From an uncultured Acidobacteriota bacterium (lineage in GTDB: Bacteria > Acidobacteriota > Thermoanaerobaculia > UBA5066), in contig CAVZYA010000002.1 of NCBI GenBank assembly GCA_963779415.1, positions 384,001 to 448,000 of the forward strand: a DNA stretch of 64,000 bases. The letters are read 5' to 3'. Shown one piece after another: positions 39,597 through 51,989 of this stretch. The number at the start of each line of letters is the position of its first letter. Position 1 is the stretch's first letter. The notes below the pieces were generated by a model that worked only from the letters and a program-made list of their open reading frames with translations, made no database searches and had not been told where the DNA came from. A program made the position numbers and the translations under genes.

Positions 39597-41513
39597 ATGC
39601 GCGCGCGATACGAGGTCGTCGTCGTCGGGGGCGGGCACGCCGGCTGCGAGGCCGCGCTCGCCTCGGCGCGTCTCGGGCGCGATACGCTCCTTCTGACCCA
39701 CGACCCGGCCCTGCTTTCGCGGATGAGCTGCAATCCGGCCGTCGGGGGGCTCGCGAAAGGGCAGGTCGTCCGCGAGATCGACGCGCTCGGGGGGGCGATG
39801 GGGCGCGTCGCGGACCGGACGGGGATCCAGTTCAAGGTCCTGAACGCCTCCCGCGGCCCCGCCGTCCGGGGCCCGAGGGTCCAGTCTGACAAAGTACTTT
39901 ACAGCGAAGAGATGTCGCGAACGGTCCGGGCCACCCCGGGACTCACGCTCGCGGCGGGCGCGGTCGCCGCGCTCCGGTGCGAAGGCGGCCGCCTTTCGGG
40001 ACTCGTCCTGGAAGACGGAAGCAGGATTTCCTGTGCGGCCGCCGTCGTGACGACCGGGACCTTTCTCCGGGGCCTCGTCCACGTCGGCGACGAACGGCGC
40101 GAGGAGGGGCGCTGGGGCGAGCCTCCGGCCCGCTCCCTCTCGGAGAACCTCCGCTCGTTCGGGCTTCGGCTCGGCCGGATGAAGACCGGGACCCCGCCAC
40201 GAGTCCGCGCGGCGAGCCTCGACACGGCGAAGATGAGCGCCTCGCGCGGGGACGAGCGCCCGGTCCCGTTTGCCTTCGCCTCGCGGGGCGAGCCGTTCCC
40301 GCGGCTCCCGCAGGTCGACTGCTTCCTCACCCACACGACGGAGCGGGTCCACGACCTGATCCGGAAGAACCTCTCGCTCTCGCCGCTCTACTCCGGCCGG
40401 ATCACGGGGCGCGGGCCCCGCTACTGCCCGTCGATCGAGGACAAGGTCGTCCGGTTCCCCGAGCGGCCGCGCCACCAGATCTTCGTGGAGCCGGAAGGGC
40501 TCGCGACCGACTGGACCTACCTGAACGGCCTTTCGATGTCGCTCCCGGCCGGAATCCAGGAAGAGATCGTCCGGGCGATTCCCGGGCTGGAGCGGGCGGA
40601 GATTCTCCGGCCGGCCTACGCGATCGAGTACGACGTCGTCTTCCCGGAGCAGCTGGGCGACACGCTCGAGCTCCGGGCGCTCCCGGGGCTCTTCCTCGCC
40701 GGCCAGATCAACGGGACCTCGGGGTACGAGGAGGCGGCCGGGCAGGGGATCGTGGCCGGGACGAATGCGGCTCTCGCGGCCCGGAGAGGAGAGCGCGCGC
40801 CCCTCGTCCTCGGCCGCCACGAGGCCTACATCGGCGTGATGATCGATGATCTCGTCACGCTCGGAACGGAGGAGCCGTACCGCCTCCTCACGTCGCGGGC
40901 CGAGTACCGGCTCCTCTTGGGCGCCGAGACCGCCTACGCCCGTCTTACCCCGAGGGCCGTCGAGATCGGCCTCGTCGACGAGAGGACGGCGGACGAGATC
41001 CTTGAGCGCGAAGCCCGCCTTCGAAGGGTCCGCGGCGCCCTCGAGGAGACGGTCGTGACGCCGGACCGGGAGACCGTGGCCCGGCTCGCCGCCCGGGGCG
41101 TGGCGCTTTCGGAAGAAGCGACCCTGGCCGGCCTTCTCCGCCGGCCGGAGATCTCGGCGGAGTCGTTCCGGGCCGTCGCGGAGGGGCGGATCGAGGATCC
41201 GCGCGTTGCGGCGGAGTTCGAGGCCATGGACGCAGGGGAGATCGATCGACTCGCCGCGGAGATCCGCTACGCCGGGTTCCTGACCCGGGAGGAAGAGACC
41301 GTCCGTCGCCTCTCCCGTTCCCTGGAGCTTCCGATCCCGCGCGACCTCGAGTTCCGGGGAATTCCGGGGCTCTCGGCTGAAGCGGCCGAGAAGCTGGATC
41401 GCCACCGCCCCCGGACGCTCGGACAGGCGGGAAGGATCCCGGGCGTCACGCCGGCCGCGGTCACCCTCCTCCTCGCCCGCCTGACGCTCCGGAAGAGGAG
41501 AGACGCCGCGTGA
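39597..41513 (+). CDS. mnmG: tRNA uridine-5-carboxymethylaminomethyl enzyme MnmG
   Basis: GGGHAGCEA, MSCNPAVGG, KTGTPPR, PRYCPSIEDK, AGQINGTSGYEEA. Confidence 0.97.
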   Translation: MRARYEVVVVGGGHAGCEAALASARLGRDTLLLTHDPALLSRMSCNPAVGGLAKGQVVREIDALGGAMGRVADRTGIQFKVLNASRGPAVRGPRVQSDKVLYSEEMSRTVRATPGLTLAAGAVAALRCEGGRLSGLVLEDGSRISCAAAVVTTGTFLRGLVHVGDERREEGRWGEPPARSLSENLRSFGLRLGRMKTGTPPRVRAASLDTAKMSASRGDERPVPFAFASRGEPFPRLPQVDCFLTHTTERVHDLIRKNLSLSPLYSGRITGRGPRYCPSIEDKVVRFPERPRHQIFVEPEGLATDWTYLNGLSMSLPAGIQEEIVRAIPGLERAEILRPAYAIEYDVVFPEQLGDTLELRALPGLFLAGQINGTSGYEEAAGQGIVAGTNAALAARRGERAPLVLGRHEAYIGVMIDDLVTLGTEEPYRLLTSRAEYRLLLGAETAYARLTPRAVEIGLVDERTADEILEREARLRRVRGALEETVVTPDRETVARLAARGVALSEEATLAGLLRRPEISAESFRAVAEGRIEDPRVAAEFEAMDAGEIDRLAAEIRYAGFLTREEETVRRLSRSLELPIPRDLEFRGIPGLSAEAAEKLDRHRPRTLGQAGRIPGVTPAAVTLLLARLTLRKRRDAA

Positions 41514-42169
41514 CGACGGAGGAGATCGCCGAACGGATACGGGGAGCGCTCCCACGTCTTGCGGAGGGGGACCGCGCCGCGATCGAGAGCGAGATCCCGG
41601 CGCTCGCGCGGTACCTCGCGCTTCTCCTTTCCGCCAGCGCGCGGATGAATCTGGTCTCCGCGGCGGCCGCAAGCCCCGGGGAACTCGTCCAGCGACACCT
41701 CATCGACGCGCTCCTGGGACTCCCGCTTCTCCCTCCGGTCCGGAAAGGGGGAGGGGCGCTCCTCGACGTCGGCTCCGGGGGGGGCTTCCCGGCCCTTCCG
41801 CTCCTGATCGTCCGGCGGGACCTACGGGGGACGCTCGTCGAGTCGACCGGTAAGAAATCCCGCTTTCTCGCGGAGGCCTTCTCCGAGCTCGCGTTGACCG
41901 GAGACGTGGTGAACGCTAGATTCCCAATCTCCTTTCCGATGAAACGTCCCGACCGATTCGACGTCTTCACGAGCCGCGCCGTGGCGGGGGGGGGCCTCCT
42001 CGTCCGGGCGGCCCGCCCCCTCTTCGCAAAGGGAGCGAGAGCTCTTCTCTGGACGACCTCCGCGCTCTTTCCGGAAATCGTCCGGACGAGCCGGTGCGGG
42101 GAGAGCGCGTTCCACCCTTCTCCGGGTTCGGAGAGGCGGGGGATCGCCCTCCTCGGATGTTTCACGTGA
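41510..42169 (+). CDS. rsmG: 16S rRNA m7G527 methyltransferase
   Basis: RHLIDAL, DVGSGGGFP, VESTGKK, TSRAV; located between mnmG and parA. Confidence 0.88.
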   Translation: MTTEEIAERIRGALPRLAEGDRAAIESEIPALARYLALLLSASARMNLVSAAAASPGELVQRHLIDALLGLPLLPPVRKGGGALLDVGSGGGFPALPLLIVRRDLRGTLVESTGKKSRFLAEAFSELALTGDVVNARFPISFPMKRPDRFDVFTSRAVAGGGLLVRAARPLFAKGARALLWTTSALFPEIVRTSRCGESAFHPSPGSERRGIALLGCFT

Positions 42170-42173
42170 AACA
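42158..42173. promoter_or_regulatory. parS centromere site
   Basis: Perfect TGTTTCACGTGAAACA (18-bp palindrome at 42157-42174) overlapping the rsmG stop, just upstream of parA. Confidence 0.93.
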
Positions 42174-42192
42174 TTCCTCTCCGGAGGGGTCC

Positions 42193-42990
42193 GTGGCGGG
42201 GGGAGCGATCGTCCTCGCCGTCGCGAACCAGAAGGGGGGAGTCGGGAAGACGACGACGGCCATCAGCCTCGGCGCCGCGCTCGCGGCGCTCGAGAAGCGC
42301 GTCCTCCTGATCGACTTCGACCCGCAGGGGAACACGACCGGCGGGCTCGGCGTAGACAAGAAGGCGCTCGGCGCCACGGCGTACGGCTGGCTTCTCGGGA
42401 GCTCGGGCTTCGGCGAGACGGTCCGGGCGACCGAGCTCCCGTTTCTCTCGCTCCTTCCGTCGAACCGGGACCTCGTCGGGGCCGAGGTGGAGCTCGTCGC
42501 CGCGGAGCGCCGCGAGCACCGCCTTCTGGAAAAGCTCCTGCCGCTTCGCGCCGGGTACGACTTCATCCTGATCGATTGCCCGCCGTCGCTCGGGCTTCTC
42601 ACCGTCAACGCCCTCACGGCGGCGGACGGGGTCCTGGTACCGGTCCAGTGCGAATACCTCGCCCTGGAAGGGGTCAGCGAGCTCCTCTCGACGGTCGAGC
42701 GGGTTCGCGAGAGCCTCAACACCCAGCTCGAGGTGACGGGAATTCTCCCGACGATGTGGGACGACCGGACGAATCTCTCGAGGCAGGTTCTCGACGAGAT
42801 CCGGCGCTACTTCGGCGAGAAGGTCTTCCGGACCCCCATTCCCAGAAACATCCGCCTGGCGGAAGCGCCCTCCCATGGAAAGCCGATCCTCCTCTACGAC
42901 ATCCGTTCGAAGGGCTCGGAGGCCTATCTGGCGGTCGCGCGGGAGCTGCTGGAGCGGACATGTAAAGCGGAACTCATTGAAAATGAATAA
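42193..42990 (+). CDS. parA: Chromosome partitioning ATPase ParA/Soj
   Basis: NQKGGVGKTTT, DPQGN, DCPPSLG, VQCEYLALEG, LAEAPSHG. Confidence 0.96.
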   Translation: MAGGAIVLAVANQKGGVGKTTTAISLGAALAALEKRVLLIDFDPQGNTTGGLGVDKKALGATAYGWLLGSSGFGETVRATELPFLSLLPSNRDLVGAEVELVAAERREHRLLEKLLPLRAGYDFILIDCPPSLGLLTVNALTAADGVLVPVQCEYLALEGVSELLSTVERVRESLNTQLEVTGILPTMWDDRTNLSRQVLDEIRRYFGEKVFRTPIPRNIRLAEAPSHGKPILLYDIRSKGSEAYLAVARELLERTCKAELIENE

Positions 42991-42999
42991 GATACAGCC

Positions 43000-43860
43000 A
43001 TGACGAAGAAGCCGGCACTCGGCCGGGGCCTCTCGGCGCTGATCCCCGGAAAGCGGGACGGAGAGCCCGCGATGGGCCTTCTGACCGTCCCGCTCGACCG
43101 GCTCGACGCCAATCCGCGGCAGCCGCGACGCCGCTTCGACGAGGACGGGCTCGAGGAGCTGGCGAAGTCGATCCGGAAGGCCGGAATCCTCCAGCCGCTT
43201 CTCGTCACGCGCGTCGGCGAGAGGTACCGGATCCTCGCCGGCGAGCGCCGCGCCCGCGCGGCGCGGGCGGCCGGCCTCTCGGAGGTCCCCGTCGTCGTCC
43301 GCGAGGGGCTCCAGGACCGGGACCACCTTCTCCTGGCCCTCATCGAGAACCTCCAGCGCCGGGACCTCACCGCTCTCGAGGAGGCCGAGGCGTACCACCA
43401 CCTTCGCGGCGAGTTCGGCCTGACGCAGGAGGAGATCGCCGAACGGGTCGGGAAGGACCGGGCCACGGTGGCAAACGCGCTCCGGCTTCTCAAGCTTCCC
43501 GCGGAGGTCCGTGTGGCGCTCGAGGCCGGAACACTCTCGGCCGGGCATGCGCGTGCTCTTCTCTCCCTCGGATCGGCGGCTGACCAGGAGAAGCTGGCGC
43601 GCGAGTTCGTCCGGCGCGGCCTTTCGGTTCGTGCGGCCGAGGCGCGCGTCGCGTCTCTCGTGAAGGGAGAGTCGACGCGCCGGCGGAGCGACCGGAGCGT
43701 GGACGCCGACACGCGGGACGCGGAGCTCCGCCTCTCCCGGGCCCTCGCGACGCGCGTGGAGATCCACCGGCGGCGTCGCGGCGGTGACGTCCGCGTCTTT
43801 TTCTACTCGGAGGAAGAGCTGATCGGCCTCTTCGACCGGCTCGTAAAGGGGGCGAAGTGA
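43000..43860 (+). CDS. parB: Chromosome partitioning CTPase ParB/Spo0J
   Basis: LGRGLSAL, QPRRRF, GERRARA, ENLQR, HTH, GHARALL. Confidence 0.96.
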   Translation: MTKKPALGRGLSALIPGKRDGEPAMGLLTVPLDRLDANPRQPRRRFDEDGLEELAKSIRKAGILQPLLVTRVGERYRILAGERRARAARAAGLSEVPVVVREGLQDRDHLLLALIENLQRRDLTALEEAEAYHHLRGEFGLTQEEIAERVGKDRATVANALRLLKLPAEVRVALEAGTLSAGHARALLSLGSAADQEKLAREFVRRGLSVRAAEARVASLVKGESTRRRSDRSVDADTRDAELRLSRALATRVEIHRRRRGGDVRVFFYSEEELIGLFDRLVKGAK

Positions 43861-44249
43861 CCCAGAGACCGAAGACCGGGGCGCTGAACGGATTTCTCGA
43901 CAGCGGCGCCCGTTTCGAAGGGACACTGACGTTCGAGGACGTCTTCCGGATCGACGGGCACTTCCGGGGAGTCGTCATCTCGGAGAGCGAGCTCGTCGTC
44001 GGGGACCGTGCGGTGATCGAAGGGGAGATCCGCGTCGGAAAGCTCGCCGTCTCGGGGACGATCCGCGGCGTGATCCACGCCCGCGAGCGGGTGGAAATTC
44101 ATGCCGGCGCCCGGATCTATGCCGAGATCCACACGCCGGCCCTCGTCGTCGAGGAAGGCGCCGTCCTGCAGGGACCCGTCGAAGCGGGGGCGAAGCCCGT
44201 TCCCGAGGAGCCGCCGCGCCAGGACGCCGTACCGGGGATACACGCATGA
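43857..44249 (+). CDS. Bactofilin (polymer-forming cytoskeletal protein)
   Basis: Beta-helix pattern FEGTL..RIDG.F.G..LVVG..IEGEI..VSG.I.G; GTGA overlap with parB. Confidence 0.88.
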   Translation: MTQRPKTGALNGFLDSGARFEGTLTFEDVFRIDGHFRGVVISESELVVGDRAVIEGEIRVGKLAVSGTIRGVIHARERVEIHAGARIYAEIHTPALVVEEGAVLQGPVEAGAKPVPEEPPRQDAVPGIHA

Positions 44250-44378
44250 GAACCGAAACGATTGACCGGGCTCGATCCATGTGGCATAAACCGGCGGCTC
44301 GTCCGGGTCCCGAAGATTCTCTCTCTTCCGCTTGGCAAACGAGGCCCTTCTGAGTTCACCGGGCGCGCCGGGCTCCAG

Positions 44379-44810
44379 ATGATTCAGCTGCCGGACCTTT
44401 CGCTCCTCGTCATCGCCGCTCTCTTCTGGGCGACCTACTGGGTACTCCGCCAGAAGGTCTTCAAGCCGCTCGGAGGGATCCTGGACGGGCGGGAGAGGGC
44501 CATCTCCAGCGCGTCCTCCGCGCTGACGAAGGCGCTGGAGAGCGAGAAAGAGACCCTCGCCGAGATCGACCGGCGGATGACGGAAGCCCGCCGCCAGGCG
44601 ATGGCGGCGAAGGACGCGACGCGGCAGGCCGCCGCGCGCCGGCGGCAGGAGCTGCTCGACGCCGCGCGCGAGAAGGCGAGGGGGTGGATGACCGAGGCGC
44701 AGCGAGGCCTCGACACGGACATCGCCTCGGCCCGCGAGCAGCTTCGCCTCCAGGCGAGCGCGCTCGGCGCGGAGATCGCCTCCCGGGTGCTCGGGCGGAG
44801 AATCGCGTGA
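44379..44810 (+). CDS. ATP synthase F0 subunit b'
   Basis: N-terminal TM helix, FKPL..ILD.RE, coiled coil ending in VLGR. Confidence 0.88.
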   Translation: MIQLPDLSLLVIAALFWATYWVLRQKVFKPLGGILDGRERAISSASSALTKALESEKETLAEIDRRMTEARRQAMAAKDATRQAAARRRQELLDAAREKARGWMTEAQRGLDTDIASAREQLRLQASALGAEIASRVLGRRIA

Positions 44811-45355
44811 GCGCGCTCCTGCCTCCGGTCGCCTTCCTCCTCTTCGCGGAGGGAGGCCACGCGGAGACGTTTCTCGGCCTCCCCGTCGTCCTCTGGAAGA
44901 CGGCGAACCTTCTCCTCTTCTTCGGTCTCATGTGGTGGCTCCTGAAAAAGCCGTTCACGAGCTTCTTCCGCGAGAGGCGCGGCGAGATCGAGAAGGCCCT
45001 CGCAAAGGCCGAAGAGGACCGGGCCCGCGCCGAGGCCCTGGCCGCGCAGCTCTCCTCCCGCCTCGCACAGATCGAGACGGAGCTCGAGAAGCTGAAAGAG
45101 GCGGCCCACAAGGACGCCGAGGCCGAGCATGCGGCCCTCCTCGCGGACGCGGAGGCCGAGGCCGGACGGATCGTCGCCCGGACGAAGGGGGAGATCGAGA
45201 GCCGGATGCGGCACGCGCGCATCGAGCTGACGGAGTACGCCGGGGACCTCGCCGTCGAGATGGCGCGGGAGATGCTCGCCCACAGCGTCACCGCGGAGGA
45301 CCAGAAACGCCTCGTCTCCGCCGGCATTGCCGCCGTGGCGGAACGGAAAGGCTAG
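44807..45355 (+). CDS. atpF: ATP synthase F0 subunit b
   Basis: [19 protein letters not shown] followed by a coiled coil. Confidence 0.9.
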   Translation: MSALLPPVAFLLFAEGGHAETFLGLPVVLWKTANLLLFFGLMWWLLKKPFTSFFRERRGEIEKALAKAEEDRARAEALAAQLSSRLAQIETELEKLKEAAHKDAEAEHAALLADAEAEAGRIVARTKGEIESRMRHARIELTEYAGDLAVEMAREMLAHSVTAEDQKRLVSAGIAAVAERKG

Positions 45356-45370
45356 ACGGGGAGGCGACGA

Positions 45371-45919
45371 ATGGCTGCGGCCTTCACAAAGCCCTACATC
45401 GACGCGCTCCTCGCCGTGGCGGGCTCCGCGGAGGCGGCGGGCGCCCTCCTCGCGGACCTCGACGCCCTGGATCGGACGCTCGGCTCCTCGCCGGAGCTTC
45501 GGGAGCTCTTCCGGAATCCGGCGGTCGAGCGCTCCCGCAAAGCGGGTCTCCTCGGGGCGGTCACGGCGAAGCTCGGGACCGCGCCGCTGGCCGCGCGGCT
45601 CTGCTCGGTCCTCCTCGTGAACCGACGGCTGCCGCATCTCGGCGAGGTGATCGCGGCCCTCCGCGAGCGTCTCGACCGCGACCGGAACGTCGTCGAGGCG
45701 CACGTCCGGGCGGCCCGGCCGCTCGCGGACGCGGAGGCGGAGGAGATCCAGAAGTCGCTCGAGGGGCGGACCCGCCGGACCGTCCGGCTCCGGACGGAGA
45801 CGGAGCCGGCGCTTCTCGGGGGATTCGTCATCCGGATCGGCAGCGAGGTCTACGATGCGTCGCTCGCCACGCGCCTTTCGCGCGTGCGTGCGTCGCTTCA
45901 CGAGGAAACGGGTCACTGA
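45371..45919 (+). CDS. atpH: ATP synthase F1 delta
   Basis: [27 protein letters not shown]. Confidence 0.92.
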   Translation: MAAAFTKPYIDALLAVAGSAEAAGALLADLDALDRTLGSSPELRELFRNPAVERSRKAGLLGAVTAKLGTAPLAARLCSVLLVNRRLPHLGEVIAALRERLDRDRNVVEAHVRAARPLADAEAEEIQKSLEGRTRRTVRLRTETEPALLGGFVIRIGSEVYDASLATRLSRVRASLHEETGH

Positions 45920-45960
45920 AGGTGGCGCCGGGCTCCACCGGCGCACGTGAGAAACGGACT

Positions 45961-47496
<1,536 letters not shown>

Positions 47497-47503
47497 GAGT
47501 GGC

Positions 47504-48382
47504 ATGGCGAACCTGATCGACCTCCGCCGCCGGATCCGCAGCGTCAAGAGCACGCAGCAGATCACCCGGGCCATGAAGATGGTGGCGGCCTCGCGCCTGC
47601 GCCGCTCGCAGGAGCGCGTCCTCGCGGCCCGACCCTACGCGGCTGCCCTCGAGGCGACGCTCGCGTCGGTGGCCCTGCACGTCCCGCCGAAGGAGGACGG
47701 CTCGCCGCTCCACCCCCTCCTCGTGCAGCGCGAGGAAAAGCGGATCGTCCTCATCGTCGTCGCGGGCGACAAGGGGCTCTGCGGCGGCTTCAACGCGAAC
47801 ATCAACCGGGCCGTGGGCGCCTTCCTCCGGGATGCGAAGGAGCGGGGTGTCGAGGAGGTCCGGCTCGTCACCCTCGGACGGAAGGCCGTCGATTTCTGGA
47901 AGCGGCGGAGCCTCCCGATTCTCGACGCACGCCCCGGCCTCTTCGCGCGCTTCAGTTACGACACGGCCGTCGAGATCATCCGGAAGGTGGCCGACCTCTT
48001 CGTCGCGGGAGAGGTCGACGCCGTCCATGTCATCTACAACGAGTTCAAAAGCGTCATCTCGCAGGTGATCCGGACGAAGCGGCTCCTTCCGGTGGAGCTC
48101 CCCGCGGGCGCCTCCGCTCCGGAGATCGATTATCTCTACGAGCCGTCGGCGGAAATCATCCTCGGGCGGCTCGTCCCTCGGCACCTCGAGTTCCAGGCCT
48201 ATCGGATCCTCCTCGAGTCGAACGCCGCGGAGAACGCCGCGCGGATGACGGCGATGGACGCCGCCGCGAAGAACGCCGGGGAGATCATCGATTCCCTCAC
48301 GCTCACGTACAACCGCGCCCGGCAGGCGCGGATCACCAAGGAACTGATCGAAGTCGTCTCGGGCGCCGCGGCGGCGAAATAG
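47504..48382 (+). CDS. atpG: ATP synthase F1 gamma
   Basis: ITRAMKMV, DKGLCGGFN, RMTAM, RQARITKELIEV. Confidence 0.97.
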   Translation: MANLIDLRRRIRSVKSTQQITRAMKMVAASRLRRSQERVLAARPYAAALEATLASVALHVPPKEDGSPLHPLLVQREEKRIVLIVVAGDKGLCGGFNANINRAVGAFLRDAKERGVEEVRLVTLGRKAVDFWKRRSLPILDARPGLFARFSYDTAVEIIRKVADLFVAGEVDAVHVIYNEFKSVISQVIRTKRLLPVELPAGASAPEIDYLYEPSAEIILGRLVPRHLEFQAYRILLESNAAENAARMTAMDAAAKNAGEIIDSLTLTYNRARQARITKELIEVVSGAAAAK

Positions 48383-49837
<1,455 letters not shown>

Positions 49838-49838
49838 C

Positions 49839-50248
49839 GTGGCGTCAGGCCGGCTCTCCCTGACGATCGTGACCCCGGAGCGCGCGCTCGTGAGCAAGAT
49901 GACGTGCGACGAGGTCACCCTCCCCGGGGAGCGCGGCGAGCTCGGCATCCTCCCGTCACACACCCCTCTCATCACGCTTCTCGGTATCGGGATCGTCCGG
50001 TGGACCGGAGGGGAGAGTTCCGGCCCGATCGCCGTCCGGGGGGCTTCGCCGAAATCGCGGGCGACGTCGTCCGGATCCTGGCCGACGCGGCCGCGACGAA
50101 GGAAACGATCGACACCGCGGCGGCGGCGCGCGACAAGGAAGCCGCCGAAAAAGCGCGTGCCTCCGTGCAAGGCGAGGAGCAGCTCGACGCCGTCAACGCC
50201 GACGCGGCGTACGCCGAGGCCCGCCTCAGGATCGCTTCCCCCGGCTGA
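49839..50248 (+). CDS. atpC: ATP synthase F1 epsilon, with an apparent 1-nt frameshift at a G6 run
   Basis: IVTPE and GELGILPSH in the first frame, GGFAEI..V.ILADAA in the second. One extra G at 50038-50043 restores the ORF. Confidence 0.9.
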
Positions 50249-50257
50249 GGCGGCTTC

Positions 50258-50272
50258 TGGCACGACGATTGC
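50258..50272 (+). promoter_or_regulatory. sigma54 (-24/-12) promoter
   Basis: TGGCACG-ACGA-TTGC matches the consensus TGGCACG-N4-TTGC exactly. Confidence 0.75.
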
Positions 50273-50283
50273 GATACAGAGGC

Positions 50284-50380
50284 GGGTGGCGCCCCGGTGA
50301 CGCCAGAACGAGACGACCCAGGAAGCCTCCTCTCCTCCTACCGGGAAAGGGCCTCGCATTCGCGGGGTCCTTTCCTTTTT
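50284..50380 (+). ncRNA. Candidate sigma54-dependent small RNA with anti-SD CCUCCU motifs
   Basis: Bounded by the sigma54 promoter and a strong intrinsic terminator; no plausible ORF; CCTCCTCTCCTCCT at 50326-50339. Confidence 0.55.
50344..50380 (+). terminator. Intrinsic terminator (atp operon and/or sRNA)
   Basis: GGAAAGGGCCTCGC-ATTC-GCGGGGTCCTTTCC followed by TTTTT. Confidence 0.88.
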
Positions 50381-50399
50381 CCCCCTATCATTCTCCGCG

Positions 50400-51989
50400 G
50401 TGACCGGTTTCGCTGACGCCCTTCTCCCCCTCGCGTCTGTTCCAGGCATCCCCGATCTGGCGCGCGAGTTCGCGGAGGGCTCTTCCCGGGTCGTGCGCTT
50501 TCTTCCGGACGCCGGGGACGCCGGCGCCGTGGCGGCCCGTGCCCGCGAGGTCCTCGGGCGCTTCCGGCCCCGGAGCCCGGGGCAGGCCGATCCGGCGCTC
50601 GTGGAGCTGACGTCGGGACGGGCGGCGGCGATCGTGGCCGGCCAGCAGGTGGGGTTGTTCGGGGGCCCTCTTCTGACACTGGTCAAGGCATTGGCTTCCA
50701 TTCAGCTCTCCCGCGACGTCTCTGCCCGCGGCGTCCCGGCCGTCCCCCTCTTCTGGTGTGCGTCGGAGGACCACGACCTCGTCGAGGTGACGCGCTTCGC
50801 GATTCCCGCCGAAGGGGGCGCCGTCGAGATCGGTCCCGATCCCGCGTCGCTCCGCTCGAATCGCCGGCCCGTCGGGAATCTGCCGATCGCGGAGAACGCA
50901 GCCGCTCTTCTTTCACGAGCCGCCGAAGGCCTTTCCGAAGTCGGCGCCGGCGACCGGGAGGCTCTCCTCGCCTTCCACGAAGGGCGAACCTATCGCGAGG
51001 CTTTCGTCAGGACCCTGACATGGCTGGCGGACGAGCCTGCCCTCCTTTTCGCCGACGCGGCGCGCTCCGGCGACAAGCCCGACCTCGTCGCCCTCGCGGT
51101 GCGGCTCGTCCGGGAGCGCCGGGAGGTCCGAGGGATCCTCGGAACGCGCGGGGCCGATCTCGCCTCCTCGGGGTTCTCCCTGCAGGTGACGAACGAACCC
51201 GAGGTCCTCCCCCTCTTCGCCGTCGTCGCCGGGGAGCGGTTCGTCCTTCGCGAGGAGGGGTCCGGGAAGCTCCGCCTGAAGGGAGCCGCCGACGACCGGG
51301 CGTTCGATGCCGAAGAGGTCGTCGCGAATTTCGAGAGCGGGCGCTGGGCGCCGTCGTTCTCGGCCCTCTCGCGACCTCTCGCGACGTCGCGCCTCTATCC
51401 CGTCGCGGCCGTGGTCCTCGGGCCCGCCGAGATCGCCTACTGGGCGCAAAGCCATCCTCTCTTCGCGTGGGCGGAGCTCCTCCCGCCCGTTCTCGTTCCG
51501 CGCCCCATGGTCGCCCCGCTCTCCCCGGCGGCACGGCGGGCTCTCTCGAAACTCGGGCTCGGCCTTTCGGACGCGCTCGCGGGGGAGGAGGCCTTTCGCG
51601 CGCGCGCGGGCGCGATCCGTTCGGGCGCGGCGCTCGACCGGCTCCGGTCGGTCCGCGATCGGGCGCTCGGCGAGGTCGGCACGCTCGCCCCGGAGCTTCT
51701 CGCGATCGACCCCTCCCTCGCGCGGGCGCTCGAGGCGACGCGGCAGAACGTCGCCTTCGCCTTCACGAAGCTGGAGGAGAAGTCGGTGCAGGCGGCCGCG
51801 CGAGCCGATGCGACCCTCGACGCCTGGATTCGCCGGGTCGCCGGGGAGGTGGCGCCGGGTGGGACGCTCGCCGAGCGCGTTTACACGGCGGTGCCGTGGA
51901 TTCTCCGCCACGGCCGGGAGGGTCTCGTCGGGCCGCTGAAACATCGTCTCCGCTGGGACGTACCCGGGCTTCAGGTGGTGGAGCTGTGA
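50400..51989 (+). CDS. bshC: Bacillithiol cysteine-adding enzyme BshC
   Basis: GQQVGLFGGP, PLFWCASEDHD, GPAEIAYWAQ, coiled coil, LAERV. Confidence 0.88.
   Translation: MTGFADALLPLASVPGIPDLAREFAEGSSRVVRFLPDAGDAGAVAARAREVLGRFRPRSPGQADPALVELTSGRAAAIVAGQQVGLFGGPLLTLVKALASIQLSRDVSARGVPAVPLFWCASEDHDLVEVTRFAIPAEGGAVEIGPDPASLRSNRRPVGNLPIAENAAALLSRAAEGLSEVGAGDREALLAFHEGRTYREAFVRTLTWLADEPALLFADAARSGDKPDLVALAVRLVRERREVRGILGTRGADLASSGFSLQVTNEPEVLPLFAVVAGERFVLREEGSGKLRLKGAADDRAFDAEEVVANFESGRWAPSFSALSRPLATSRLYPVAAVVLGPAEIAYWAQSHPLFAWAELLPPVLVPRPMVAPLSPAARRALSKLGLGLSDALAGEEAFRARAGAIRSGAALDRLRSVRDRALGEVGTLAPELLAIDPSLARALEATRQNVAFAFTKLEEKSVQAAARADATLDAWIRRVAGEVAPGGTLAERVYTAVPWILRHGREGLVGPLKHRLRWDVPGLQVVEL

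Noticed and set aside
44262-44290. TTGACC-N17-CATAAA as the atp promoter
   Set aside because: Plausible, but the -10 match is weak and there is no independent support, so it is not listed as a feature.
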